This document shows positions 39,858 through 49,637 of a stretch of DNA of 64,000 nt, piece after piece. The notes under the pieces were generated by a model that was not told the DNA's origin, searched no databases, and was given only the letters and a program-made list of their open reading frames with translations. A program made the translations under genes and the position numbers. This stretch comes from Archaeoglobi archaeon (GTDB taxonomy: Archaea; Halobacteriota; Archaeoglobi; Archaeoglobales; Archaeoglobaceae), in assembly GCA_029259335.1 (NCBI GenBank), contig JAPDIY010000003.1, forward strand, positions 725-64,724. The letters are read 5' to 3'. Position 1 is the stretch's first letter; each line of letters begins with the position of its first letter.

Positions 39858-41742
39858 GGTTTCTTACCTCCTTCGAATGCGCCATTATGAAATTCCTTCT
39901 GCTCTCCACGTCCTCCCCCATTAAAATCCTGAAAAGCTCGTCTGCCCTCTTAGCATCTTCGAGAGTGACCTGAATGAGAATTCTGTTCTCCGGGTTCATC
40001 GTTGTCTCCCACAACTGCTGCGGGTTCATCTCTCCGAGACCCTTGTATCTCTGAACTTCTCCACCGCCCAATCTCTCAAGAACTCTTCTGAGTTCATCAT
40101 CGGAGTAGGCGTAATACGATTTTTTACCCTTTTTAATCAGATAAAGTGGAGGCTGAGCTATGTAAAGGTACCCGCTCTCAATAAGCGGTCGCATGTAGCG
40201 GTAAAAGAGAGTCAGCAGGAGAGTCCTTATATGGGCGCCATCAACATCTGCATCGGTCATTATAATAATTCTCCTGTATCTTGCCTTTGTGATGTCAAAC
40301 TCCTTTCCCATTCCTGCCCCTATAGCAGATATGATCGCCTTTATCTCCTCATTTTTGAGGATTCTCGACATCCCGGCCTTTTCCACATTTATTATCTTTC
40401 CCCTGATAGGTAGTATTGCCTGAAATCTCCTGTCCCTTGCCTGCTTTGCCGATCCACCTGCAGATTCACCCTCCACAATAAAGAGTTCCCTTTCTTCTGG
40501 GTTTTTCGATGAGCAATCTGCCAGTTTTCCGGGAAGTGTTGCTGCAAGATCATTTCTCTTCTTAATAAGTTCTCTCGCTCTCCTCGCAGCCTCTCTCGCC
40601 CTTTTTGTGATTAAAAACTTGTTTATCAAGTTTTCAGCCTGAGCAGGATTTTCCTCAAGCCATCTCAACATCCCGGTGTAAACCGCAGACTCAACAACTG
40701 TTCTCACATCACTGTTTGTCAGCTTTGTTTTTGTTTGCCCCTCAAACTGCGGCTCTGGAACCTTTACGCTAATCACTGCCGTCAACCCCTCCCTGACATC
40801 CGAACCGGAGACTGGCTCGAACCTTCTGATGTTCTTTCTTCCGTACTCATTTACTGCTCTTGTCAGCCCCGCCCTGAATCCGATGACGTGAGAACCACCT
40901 TCTGCAGTGTTTATGTTATTTGCGAACGCCAGAACATTTTCAATCTCAGAGTCCGTAAACTGGATGGCTACCTCGAGATTGATTCCATTTCTGGTATTTT
41001 CGATGTATATTGGCTCATGTAATGTTTTTCGATTTTTATTCAGGGATTTAACCAGCCCTACAATACCCTCCTCAAAATGGAAAATCCTAATTTTTCCAAT
41101 TCTTTCATCTTCAAGAATAATTTTCAGACCTTTATTCAGATATGCAAGCTCTTTCAATCTCTGCGACACGATTTCATACTTGAATTCAGTTGTCTCGAAG
41201 ATTTCCTCGTCAGGTTTGAACCTCACTACTGTTCCATGAGCATCCGTCTCACCGATAACTTTCAGTTCGGTAACAGGTCTTCCCCTCTCGTACCTCTGGT
41301 AGTATATCTTACCATTTCTCATCACCTTTACTTCAAGCCACTCCGAGAGAGCGTTAACAACAGATACACCCACACCGTGCAGACCTCCAGAGACCCTGTA
41401 AACCTTTCTTGAAAATTTTCCTCCTGCATGAAGCTTCGTCATCACTATTTCGAGTGCTGACTTTCCCAGTTCATGCATTTCTGTTGGAATCCCTCTTCCG
41501 TTGTCCTCAACACTCGCTGAGCCATCTTGATGAAGACTCACTTTTATCGTGTCACAGTAGCCAGCAAGAGCTTCATCAATGCTATTATCCACTACTTCCC
41601 ACAGCAGATGATGGAGTCCCCTAACTCCGATACCTCCGATGTACATTCCTGGCCTTTTTCTTACCGCTTCGAGATCGTCAAGAACTTCAATATCTTTTGC
41701 GGAATACTCAAAACTGCTTTTCTCTAACGCATTCCCTGACAC
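39847..41742 (-). CDS. gyrB: DNA gyrase subunit B
   Basis: [41 protein letters not shown]. Confidence 0.97.
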   Translation of the reverse strand: MSGNALEKSSFEYSAKDIEVLDDLEAVRKRPGMYIGGIGVRGLHHLLWEVVDNSIDEALAGYCDTIKVSLHQDGSASVEDNGRGIPTEMHELGKSALEIVMTKLHAGGKFSRKVYRVSGGLHGVGVSVVNALSEWLEVKVMRNGKIYYQRYERGRPVTELKVIGETDAHGTVVRFKPDEEIFETTEFKYEIVSQRLKELAYLNKGLKIILEDERIGKIRIFHFEEGIVGLVKSLNKNRKTLHEPIYIENTRNGINLEVAIQFTDSEIENVLAFANNINTAEGGSHVIGFRAGLTRAVNEYGRKNIRRFEPVSGSDVREGLTAVISVKVPEPQFEGQTKTKLTNSDVRTVVESAVYTGMLRWLEENPAQAENLINKFLITKRAREAARRARELIKKRNDLAATLPGKLADCSSKNPEERELFIVEGESAGGSAKQARDRRFQAILPIRGKIINVEKAGMSRILKNEEIKAIISAIGAGMGKEFDITKARYRRIIIMTDADVDGAHIRTLLLTLFYRYMRPLIESGYLYIAQPPLYLIKKGKKSYYAYSDDELRRVLERLGGGEVQRYKGLGEMNPQQLWETTMNPENRILIQVTLEDAKRADELFRILMGEDVESRRNFIMAHSKEVRNLDI

Positions 41743-41759
41743 AACTAGACTACTACAAT

Positions 41760-42310
41760 TCAGTTAATAAGTACTTTGATTTCATTAATATTGCTAATTT
41801 TAGAAAAATATTTTGTTTTAGTTTATTTATTTTATTTATTTTTTAAGTAATTTTTAATTTTTTTAGTTCATAATCATTATCATAAGTGATATGTATCAGA
41901 TTTAGATTAAAATTGTAAAAATATCTAAATTTTTTTCATAAAATTAATATCAAATAAATTGAAAATATTTATTACACTAAACTTGTAATAAACCTCCTCT
42001 GAAAATACGACAGCATCCACGAGTCAACCTATTTTTTGTGTATACCCCCCCTTTCATGCGCTGTAGTTTCTGTATTCACATAAATTTTGTAACAACTGAA
42101 TTACTCAACACGGCAGTTTTAGGATTGCCTAAAAATTAATGTTACACTTTTTTTGGAATGTTTACTTAAGATATTTTAATTTTTTAGTTAATTACAAAGT
42201 TAGAAGAATATATTTTTCTCTGAAATTTAAATTTTTTACTACTATTATATATATTCTAATTTTTATGATTTATATAAATTAATTATAAATCTAATAGAAA
42301 AATTTATGAT
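41760..42310. other. Extremely AT-rich non-coding region with a GC-richer core
   Basis: Two A/T tracts (~41760-41990, ~42160-42310) around a core containing a C7 run (42045-42051); no credible ORF. Confidence 0.7.
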
Positions 42311-42529
42311 TATTTCATATGTTGACATACGACAAAAAGGGGATAAGCTTTCGCACCTAGAAGGAGTTGGTTACAATCCCCGCGACCTTTTTAAAGGTGT
42401 GGTAGTAGTTGCAATCCCAAAAAGTGAGCTTGCTTACTACCGTTTTTCGGCCAGTTTATTGCTATCTCTTAGTGAGGAGATAGCTACTGCGAAAAGAACA
42501 CACAATAAATTGTCTAAACTGGTTTCTGA

Positions 42530-42760
42530 TCAACTCTCACCATTTCCTCTAAACGTGAAGTAAATTTTTCTCCCGACTTTTTTCTTTTTGACGAACTTCA
42601 TATCAGTTAGCAGATTCAGATAATAGCTCTCAGTAGATCTTTTCCGCCCCGATACCTTGGCTACGTCATCTGCTGTAGCCTCCCCCAGCTTGAGCAGTAT
42701 CAACGCCGTTTTCCTGAGATTTTCAGGCAGCTCAGATATCATCGTGCCAAGCTTGGACAC
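42530..42760 (-). CDS. Small winged-HTH regulator
   Basis: LPENLRKTAL..LGEATADDVAKVSGRKRSTESYYLNLL...KVGRKIYF. Confidence 0.8.
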   Translation of the reverse strand: MSKLGTMISELPENLRKTALILLKLGEATADDVAKVSGRKRSTESYYLNLLTDMKFVKKKKVGRKIYFTFRGNGES

Positions 42761-42929
42761 ACTGTATATAAATTTTCTGCTTAGTTACGGTTTAGAGGCA
42801 ATAAAGTTGGAAAAATTTGTCATAGAATAGTAGAATATTTAGTAATTTATGGCACTAAGAAACTCTGCCACGCTACACGAGTAGAAGAGCATCAAAAACT
42901 ATAATAATGTGAGGGAACAAATTATTATC

Positions 42930-43718
42930 ATGGATAGACTCAGTACAGGAATCTTTGGCCTTGATGAGCTGATGTATGGTGGTTTCGTTGAAAATACTGT
43001 GAATGCAGTAGTTGGCACAACGGGTTGTGGAAAAACGATATTTTGTATCCAGTATTTGATTGAGGGTCTCGAAAATGGGGAGAGTTGCGTATATGTCTCG
43101 AGTGATCTTGATGAAAAGGAGTTTCTCAGAATATCACTATCTATGGGGTGGGATTTGGAAGATTATATCAAATCAAAACAACTCAAGGTGGGGCAGTTTC
43201 AGATAAAGGATACGTCCTTTCTCGACAGCGAGTTGACAAAGTTCATTAAAGGCAGCAATCTTCGCATAGCGATTGATGCGTTCTCCCCTCTTGTTGCAAG
43301 TGCAGATTACCAGTCTCGATCGGAAGTCAGTTTTTTCTTTAAGACCCTCAAAGAAAATGGAACTGTTGTTGTAACGCTGGAAGAACCTTTCATCGGAGAA
43401 CCCTCGGCTCTTACGAACATGTCTCTGTTTCTCGCAGATTCTGTTATTCAGTTAAAAAACATCGGTGTTGGGGAGATGTACAGCCGAACACTCAGAGTTG
43501 TCAAGCACAGGATGTCCAGACATGCTGACGGTGTATATCCTTTCAGAATCGTGGAGGGTGCAGGTATGATTATCGAAGAGAAAAGATGCGAGGGATTTGA
43601 GCCGTTTCTCGATGATTTGAAAATCTCGGAAGAAGCAAAAGGAGAGTTGCGAAAACTCGCAAGTAAAGGTTGCATAACTGAAGAGGAGATTGAAAAAATA
43701 AGAAGGAGGGTGAAATGA
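42930..43718 (+). CDS. KaiC/RAD55-like ATPase
   Basis: LSTGIFGLDELM.GG, GTTGCGKT, IAID, LADSVI, RVVKHRMSRH. Confidence 0.88.
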   Translation: MDRLSTGIFGLDELMYGGFVENTVNAVVGTTGCGKTIFCIQYLIEGLENGESCVYVSSDLDEKEFLRISLSMGWDLEDYIKSKQLKVGQFQIKDTSFLDSELTKFIKGSNLRIAIDAFSPLVASADYQSRSEVSFFFKTLKENGTVVVTLEEPFIGEPSALTNMSLFLADSVIQLKNIGVGEMYSRTLRVVKHRMSRHADGVYPFRIVEGAGMIIEEKRCEGFEPFLDDLKISEEAKGELRKLASKGCITEEEIEKIRRRVK

Positions 43719-44059
43719 AAGAGATAATTGAAAGAATTCTGAAACCAGTAACTCTGGATGAAAACATTCTTTTCGTAGGAATTTACAGAATTGACGGTGC
43801 ACCCATCTATGTCCACTTCAAGAATAAACAGGTGATATCACTCATAGACTGGCTCGAAAGTCAGGTTAGAGTTCTCATAAACTACATCGCATCAGGCTAT
43901 TTCAAAGATGCAGAGTTCAGGATGACTGACTCACACCTGCTTCTTTCTCCTATATCTAAAACACTTGTGCTGACCATGTTAGCTGTCGAAGATACCTCAA
44001 TATACAAGCTCAGGATAGATGTAGAGTCAATAAAAAGTGAGTTTGAGAAATATGTTTAA
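43715..44059 (+). CDS. Roadblock/LC7-like protein
   Basis: 114 aa; GIYRIDGAPI and alpha-beta pattern of roadblock domains; coupled to KaiC gene. Confidence 0.6.
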   Translation: MKEIIERILKPVTLDENILFVGIYRIDGAPIYVHFKNKQVISLIDWLESQVRVLINYIASGYFKDAEFRMTDSHLLLSPISKTLVLTMLAVEDTSIYKLRIDVESIKSEFEKYV

Positions 44060-45311
44060 ATTTCTCTATTCTCTATATCCAAAGACTAGAGAGGCCGTTC
44101 AGGACTTAAAAAGGAAATTAGAGGATGTGAAATTTAAACCGAGTCTTGCCGTTTTCTTTTTAACGGAAGAACTGATTAAGAATGCAGAAAAATTTGCAGA
44201 TCTTGTTAGGTGTAATTCAGTCTGCATGCCAATTGAAGGCTACATAACTCCAGAATCGATATGGACTCGTGGCTGCTTAGCTTTGCTGAGTGATGTAGAA
44301 TATAGACTTCAGGTTTTTAGGGGTACTCCTGACGAAGTTGTCGATAAAATGGGGAGGTCTAAAAAGGGGAAGTTTAACATTCTGATGTACCCTCTTCTCT
44401 ACCCGAAGAGTAGATTGCAGGTTCTGAAGGGTATGATTAGATTGAAAAGACTTTACGGAAAGTATGAATCCGACCCAGAGTATGTACTGGAAAAAGCGTC
44501 CGAAATCTACCAAAACGAGTTGATTTATCCGATAAACAAGATGCTCCGACCCTTCAGGGATGCAGGTGTCGATGCCGTCTCATTCAACATCTTCCCTTTG
44601 CGTATGAAATACGGACATCCGATCATAGCTGTGAATGGAAGAAAGGTGGGGAGAGGAGTTGTTGTTCTCAGCTTTAGAGAAAGGATACCGAGCGACTATA
44701 CAGACACTCTGCCAGAGAGAGGCAGGAATTTCGAGGAGACGAAGGAGATTATAAGGCAGGAGTTTATGATTGGCAAGGAAGTTAAAGTTGAGAAAAAAGG
44801 GATTGCATTAGGACATATAGATGGAATGAAGTTGAGTGAGTTTTTAGAGGCTGAACGCATTACTCTAGCAAAAAGAGATTTATCCAGCGACCTCCAGGAT
44901 AAAAAATTTCTTTCTGCGAGTCCATATGCACTCTACTTTCTGAGTAGAGATACGATGGGAGCTTCATCATTAGGGCTGTTGAGTTATCCAATCGAGATTT
45001 ACCCCTCACTGTTTGAACTTGATGTTTTCATGGAAAATGCTGTTTTTTTTGCTGAGATTATTAGGGGGGGCATCAATCTTTTGAAAAATTATTTTGATGA
45101 GAAGGATTTCAATTTTTGTGCTATTGACCAGAATATGTTTTTAATGTACGAAGAAAAAGTGCATCGACTTAAGGATTTTATCGAATCCTATGCCATTTTT
45201 ACTTCATACCCGAATTACACCACTACCAAAGGTAAACATATGATGAGCGAAATTGAGAAAAAAATTTATGTGAATCTTACAAGAACAGCAGCATTTATAG
45301 AGTGGATATAA
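44052..45311 (+). CDS. FIST-like sensory-domain protein (divergent)
   Basis: FKPSLAVFFLT...CMPIEGYITP...GCLALL resembles FIST_N; ~420 aa, soluble. Confidence 0.5.
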   Translation: MFKFLYSLYPKTREAVQDLKRKLEDVKFKPSLAVFFLTEELIKNAEKFADLVRCNSVCMPIEGYITPESIWTRGCLALLSDVEYRLQVFRGTPDEVVDKMGRSKKGKFNILMYPLLYPKSRLQVLKGMIRLKRLYGKYESDPEYVLEKASEIYQNELIYPINKMLRPFRDAGVDAVSFNIFPLRMKYGHPIIAVNGRKVGRGVVVLSFRERIPSDYTDTLPERGRNFEETKEIIRQEFMIGKEVKVEKKGIALGHIDGMKLSEFLEAERITLAKRDLSSDLQDKKFLSASPYALYFLSRDTMGASSLGLLSYPIEIYPSLFELDVFMENAVFFAEIIRGGINLLKNYFDEKDFNFCAIDQNMFLMYEEKVHRLKDFIESYAIFTSYPNYTTTKGKHMMSEIEKKIYVNLTRTAAFIEWI

Positions 45312-46191
45312 AACTAAAAAAAGTTAGAAGTGACAAGGATAGCAAATACGAAAAGGGGTGGAACTTTATCAAGCTTGCACTGCAATCTGACAGAATCCAA
45401 TTCTCTTGTTTTAGTTTCCATGCAATATAGAGTGGAATGATCGCTGTAACTGATGAAAGACCACAAAGCAGAGGTAGAATCTTAAGTGTTGATAATAGTA
45501 AAATTAGAATATTTCCGGCTATATTCAAAGAAATAGAGATTTTAAGTAGTAAATTAGCACTAAAGACGACAGCGAGAGTTCTGTACCCAGAACTTAGATC
45601 CTCTGAAATGTCTTTTATATCTTTTAAAAGCATTCCAGAAATGACGAAGGATGTCAGAATTAAAGAGAAAGCTATGCCTTTATCCGATATCGGTGAAAAA
45701 AATGACCATAGAACGAGAGTATATAAAGGAGCGACGATTAAATACGTTAGTAACTCCGTAACATACCACTCCTTCAATCTCTTTACTGTTTTCCCGATAA
45801 TGTATTTATCAGAGTAAATCCATGTAAAAAAAGCACAAACAAAATAAAAAAATAAGGAGGTCTGATCTTTAGCAAAAAAGAAAGTTAATAATCCAGAACA
45901 AATGTAAAAAGTCACAACAATGGTGAAAGTAAGCTGTTTATTGTTGACAATTACTTTCGCATAATTTTTACCCCCTTTAATGTCATCTTCAACATCATTT
46001 AGGTGATTCCACAGATTTATAGCTGTAAAAAAGAAAAAACAAAAAACAAAAGAAATTATAAAATTCTCAACTCCAGAACCAGAAAGGGAAAATGCAACAA
46101 ATGAAGCCAACGGTATAGGATAAGCAAAAGTAATAGGAGCGCTTCCTACTTTTAAAATTAATAAAATGCGCTGAATTAAATTTAAAGACAT
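45295..46191 (-). CDS. UbiA-family prenyltransferase
   Basis: NHLNDVEDD and KDIKDISEDLSSGYRTL aspartate-rich motifs; many TM helices; AT-rich. Confidence 0.85.
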   Translation of the reverse strand: MSLNLIQRILLILKVGSAPITFAYPIPLASFVAFSLSGSGVENFIISFVFCFFFFTAINLWNHLNDVEDDIKGGKNYAKVIVNNKQLTFTIVVTFYICSGLLTFFFAKDQTSLFFYFVCAFFTWIYSDKYIIGKTVKRLKEWYVTELLTYLIVAPLYTLVLWSFFSPISDKGIAFSLILTSFVISGMLLKDIKDISEDLSSGYRTLAVVFSANLLLKISISLNIAGNILILLLSTLKILPLLCGLSSVTAIIPLYIAWKLKQENWILSDCSASLIKFHPFSYLLSLSLLTFFSFISTL

Positions 46192-46193
46192 TA

Positions 46194-46262
46194 TCAACCT
46201 ACAAACAGCCTAATCTTCTTAAAGGTCTCCTCAATCTCTTTCCTGTCCTTCTTCTCTTCCAT
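46194..46262 (-). CDS. Unannotated 22-aa micropeptide MEEKKDRKEIEETFKKIRLFVG
   Basis: GGAGGTG RBS (46269-46275) 6 nt before ATG; TGA-TA-ATG junction to UbiA; TATA-like TTTAAATA near 46300. Confidence 0.65.
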   Translation of the reverse strand: MEEKKDRKEIEETFKKIRLFVG

Positions 46263-46469
46263 TGCCATCACCTCCATCAATAATTATGACTATCTGATAT
46301 TTAAATTTTACTACTATTATAGTGATTATATAATGGTAATAATTGTGATCATAAAAGATAACTCTAAAAATAAAATGATAATACCTGTAAATCTTCCTCT
46401 AAACCCGTTGTTTCGTCTGCTTCTTCTAAAATGCAAACAACTATATTAACCTAAAAAGGAGTCTTAACC

Positions 46470-47171
46470 GTGTACTTCACGAAAGTAAAAAAAGTGGTAA
46501 GGCACAACAAGAAGGTTTCAACGCTCTATTTCGACCTAAAAATAGCGTCGTATCCCGGTCAGTTTGTTATGCTGTATCTACCGGGCTACGAGGAGATACC
46601 TCTCAGCCTGTCCTCGCCAAGCTCGGTTACTGTTAAGGCTGTTGGTGAAACAACACAGGCATTGGTAATGGCTGATGAGGGTATAGCTGTGGGAATAAGG
46701 GGTGCTTTTGGTAACCCCTTCAGTCCCTCTGACAAGGCACTGATCATAGCAGGCGGTATCGGTATTGCTCCGATGAAGTATCTTTATGATTTTCTGAAAA
46801 AATGCGGTGCAGATATTAAGGTAATTTACGGGGAAAAGTCCGAAGGGGATCTGATATGGACTGATGAATTTGAGAACTTGATTATAACAACCGAGGATGG
46901 TAGCGCCGGAATCAAAGGCACTGTTCTCGATGCCGTAAACAAAGAGGATTTGAGCAGGTATTCGAGGATCTATGCATGTGGCAATTCTGAGATGTTGAAG
47001 GCCGTCTATGGAGTTCTGAAAAAAGCCGAGGTGCTGCACAAGGCTGAATTTTCGCTTGAAAGATTTATGAGATGCGGTATCGGAGTTTGTGGCTCATGCG
47101 TTATTGAAAATGGGTTGAGGGTTTGTAACGATGGCCCAGTTTTTCCTGCTACAGTGATAGGCAATCTTTAA
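46470..47171 (+). CDS. pyrK: Dihydroorotate dehydrogenase electron transfer subunit
   Basis: PGQFVM, AGGIGIAP, MRCGIGVCGSC, VCNDGPVF. Confidence 0.9.
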   Translation: MYFTKVKKVVRHNKKVSTLYFDLKIASYPGQFVMLYLPGYEEIPLSLSSPSSVTVKAVGETTQALVMADEGIAVGIRGAFGNPFSPSDKALIIAGGIGIAPMKYLYDFLKKCGADIKVIYGEKSEGDLIWTDEFENLIITTEDGSAGIKGTVLDAVNKEDLSRYSRIYACGNSEMLKAVYGVLKKAEVLHKAEFSLERFMRCGIGVCGSCVIENGLRVCNDGPVFPATVIGNL

Positions 47172-47196
47172 ATTCACAGAAGAGAAGAGAAGTAGG

Positions 47197-48000
47197 ATGA
47201 AAGAAAAAAGACTGATCATAAAGAGATCTGGTTATCCTTCCAGAGGTGAAATTGTTATCGGTACTGTAAAAAGGGTTCTCGACTTTGGAGCTTTCATATC
47301 TCTTGATGAGTATGAGGGTAGGGAAGGGATGGTCCATATAAGTGAGGTTGCATCCGGGTGGATCAAGGACATCAGAGAGCATGTCAAAAAAGGGCAAAAA
47401 GTGATCTGCAAGGTTCTCGATATAAACCCGAAAAGAGGACATATTGATCTTTCAATTAAGGACGTTAACGAGAGGCAGAAGAGGGAGAAACTGCAGCAGT
47501 GGAAGAATGAGATGAAGGCCTTTAAGTGGCTTGAGATTATAGGCGAAAAGCTCAATTTAGGGTTTGATGAGCTTGAGAAAATTGGTAAAAAGCTTTTGAA
47601 GGAGTATGATTCCGTTTACTCTGCATTTGAAGATGCCGCCTACGAGGGTTATGAAGTGCTTTCACCCATTGTAGGTGAGGAGTTTGCTAAGGAAATGGCG
47701 GAAATTGCGAGAGAGAACATAAAGCCGAAGAGGGTGAAGGTGAGAGGATACTTCGAGCTGAAAAGCATCGCGTCGGATGGGATTGAAAGAATAAAGAAAG
47801 CACTTCTTGAAGCCAGAAAAGTCGCAACAGATGGAGTGGAAATGAAAATAGAATACTTGGGCGCTCCGAGATACCGAATAGTTGTGGAAGCTGACGACTA
47901 CAAAACGGCTGAAAACGTTCTCAAGAAGGCCACGGACAAGGTTCTCAAGACAATCAAGAAGCTCGGTGGCGAAGGTAACTTCATAAGGGAAGCTGCATGA
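47197..48000 (+). CDS. eif2a: Translation initiation factor aIF2 alpha
   Basis: S1 domain HISEVASGWIKDIR, YLGAPRY. Confidence 0.96.
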   Translation: MKEKRLIIKRSGYPSRGEIVIGTVKRVLDFGAFISLDEYEGREGMVHISEVASGWIKDIREHVKKGQKVICKVLDINPKRGHIDLSIKDVNERQKREKLQQWKNEMKAFKWLEIIGEKLNLGFDELEKIGKKLLKEYDSVYSAFEDAAYEGYEVLSPIVGEEFAKEMAEIARENIKPKRVKVRGYFELKSIASDGIERIKKALLEARKVATDGVEMKIEYLGAPRYRIVVEADDYKTAENVLKKATDKVLKTIKKLGGEGNFIREAA

Positions 48001-48197
48001 AAGTTTTGATGAGAAAATGCGGTAAATGCGGACGCTATACGCTTAAAGAATACTGTCCTGTTTGCAAATCAAAAACATACATGCCTATCCCGCCGAGGTT
48101 TTCAATTGAAGATCCTTACGGGAAGTACAGAAGGAGGCTTAGAAAGGAGGTGGGATTTTTCAGTTTCAGGAGGTGGTCAGATGCTGAAAAAAGTTGA
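47997..48197 (+). CDS. nop10: H/ACA RNP protein Nop10
   Basis: CGKCGRYTLKEYCPVC, PPRFSIEDPYGKYRR. Confidence 0.95.
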   Translation: MKVLMRKCGKCGRYTLKEYCPVCKSKTYMPIPPRFSIEDPYGKYRRRLRKEVGFFSFRRWSDAEKS

Positions 48198-48960
48198 CGT
48201 TAGATATCTGAAAGATCCAGAGGAGGTAAATCTTGAGAATCCGATATTCATCGAGGGACTGCCGGGTATCGGACACGTTGGCAAGCTCGTGGCCGATCAT
48301 CTCGTAAATGAGCTTAAAGCCGAGAGGGTAGTTGAGATATACTCTCACTACTTCCCTCCGCAGGTAATGGTTCAGGAGGATGGGACGGTAAGGATGCCGA
48401 AGAATGAAGTTTATGCGTGGAAGTCGGACGGAAAAAGCAGCGATTTGCTCATCCTCGTTGGAGATTTCCAGAGTATCAGCAACGAGGGCCATTTCGAGCT
48501 TGTAAATGCTTACATAGATATCGCAAAGAAATTTGGGGCAAGAAGAATCTACACGCTCGGTGGATATGGTGTTGGAAAGCTCGTTGAAGAGCCGTACGTT
48601 ATTGGTGCTGCCAACTCCGAAGAGGTCGTGGAGGAGCTTAAAAGCTACGGAATAAAGTTTGAGCCCGGTGAACCGGGCGGTGGGATAATTGGAGCTTCTG
48701 GACTTCTACTCGGCGTTTCAAAGCTGGAGGGGATAGATGCAGCATGTTTGATGGGGGTAACGTCGGGATACATGGTTGATCCGAAAAGTGCGAAGGTTGT
48801 TCTCGATGTGCTTTCAAAAATGCTGAACCTTGAGGTTTCAGTGGAGGCGCTGGAAGAGAGGGCAAGGGAGATGGAGAAGATCATAGCCCAGATCAAGGAG
48901 ATGCAGGAGATGGCAGTACAGCAGTGGAAGAGTGATGAGGATCTGAGATACTTCAGATGA
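48181..48960 (+). CDS. PAC2-family proteasome assembly chaperone
   Basis: EGLPGIGHVGK, FPPQV, CLMGVTSG..VDP. Confidence 0.9.
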   Translation: MLKKVDVRYLKDPEEVNLENPIFIEGLPGIGHVGKLVADHLVNELKAERVVEIYSHYFPPQVMVQEDGTVRMPKNEVYAWKSDGKSSDLLILVGDFQSISNEGHFELVNAYIDIAKKFGARRIYTLGGYGVGKLVEEPYVIGAANSEEVVEELKSYGIKFEPGEPGGGIIGASGLLLGVSKLEGIDAACLMGVTSGYMVDPKSAKVVLDVLSKMLNLEVSVEALEERAREMEKIIAQIKEMQEMAVQQWKSDEDLRYFR

Positions 48961-49637
48961 GATACCCGGAAATCGACTTTGCAAGGGGAGTGGCTGTAAT
49001 ACTGATGCTCATTTTCCACTCTTTTTTTGATGCCTACTACTTCGGCAAACTCGAGCTTTCTGGAGTTTTCTGGTACTACTTTCCAAGGTTTATCGGAGGA
49101 ATGTTCATCTTCATCTCAGGCTTCACGATGGCCGTTGTCAAGCCAAAGCCGAGTATGATTATCAGAAAGGCTATCAAACTTTCAGCACTTGCTCTGCTAA
49201 TCACTGCTGTTACCTACTACTTCGCCCCTGATGAGTTTGTCCTCTTCGGAATATTGCATTTCTTCGCCATTGCAACGCTTCTCGGCTACCTTTTTCTTGA
49301 CAACGTGAAAATCTGCCTCCCTACAGGAATTCTTGCATTTGCTATTGGAATTCACCTGCAGTGGCTGAGAACTGAGTCGAACTACTTTGTATGGGCAGGT
49401 TTGATGCCCTACGAATTCAGAACGCTCGACTACTATCCACTGCTGCCCTGGTTCGGCGTCTTCCTACTTGGTATGTACTTCGGCAGTCACTTCAGAGGGA
49501 CAGATTACAGCTTTTTTGAAAATCCAGTATCAAGGCTAGGGAGAAAATCCCTCGAAATATACATTCTGCAGCATCCTGTGATCATACTGCTTCTCCAGCT
49601 TCTTTACGGAGACATTTTCCAGCGGATTTTCGGCTAA
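48957..49637 (+). CDS. DUF1624 membrane acyltransferase-like protein
   Basis: IDFARGVAVILMLIFH, FGILH, DYYPLLPW. Confidence 0.85.
   Translation: MRYPEIDFARGVAVILMLIFHSFFDAYYFGKLELSGVFWYYFPRFIGGMFIFISGFTMAVVKPKPSMIIRKAIKLSALALLITAVTYYFAPDEFVLFGILHFFAIATLLGYLFLDNVKICLPTGILAFAIGIHLQWLRTESNYFVWAGLMPYEFRTLDYYPLLPWFGVFLLGMYFGSHFRGTDYSFFENPVSRLGRKSLEIYILQHPVIILLLQLLYGDIFQRIFG

Noticed and set aside
39847-41742. gyrB without adjacent gyrA
   Set aside because: Separated gyrA and gyrB is, to my recollection, the ordinary arrangement in Archaeoglobus
42370-42440. GTT(A/G)CAATCCC pair resembling the end of archaeal CRISPR repeats beside an AT-rich leader-like tract
   Set aside because: Only 11 bp, two copies and a 38 bp period, too short for repeat plus spacer; no CRISPR array found in the window
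42306-42563. 85-aa plus-strand ORF
   Set aside because: No RBS or motif, starts in the AT tract and overlaps the wHTH gene end
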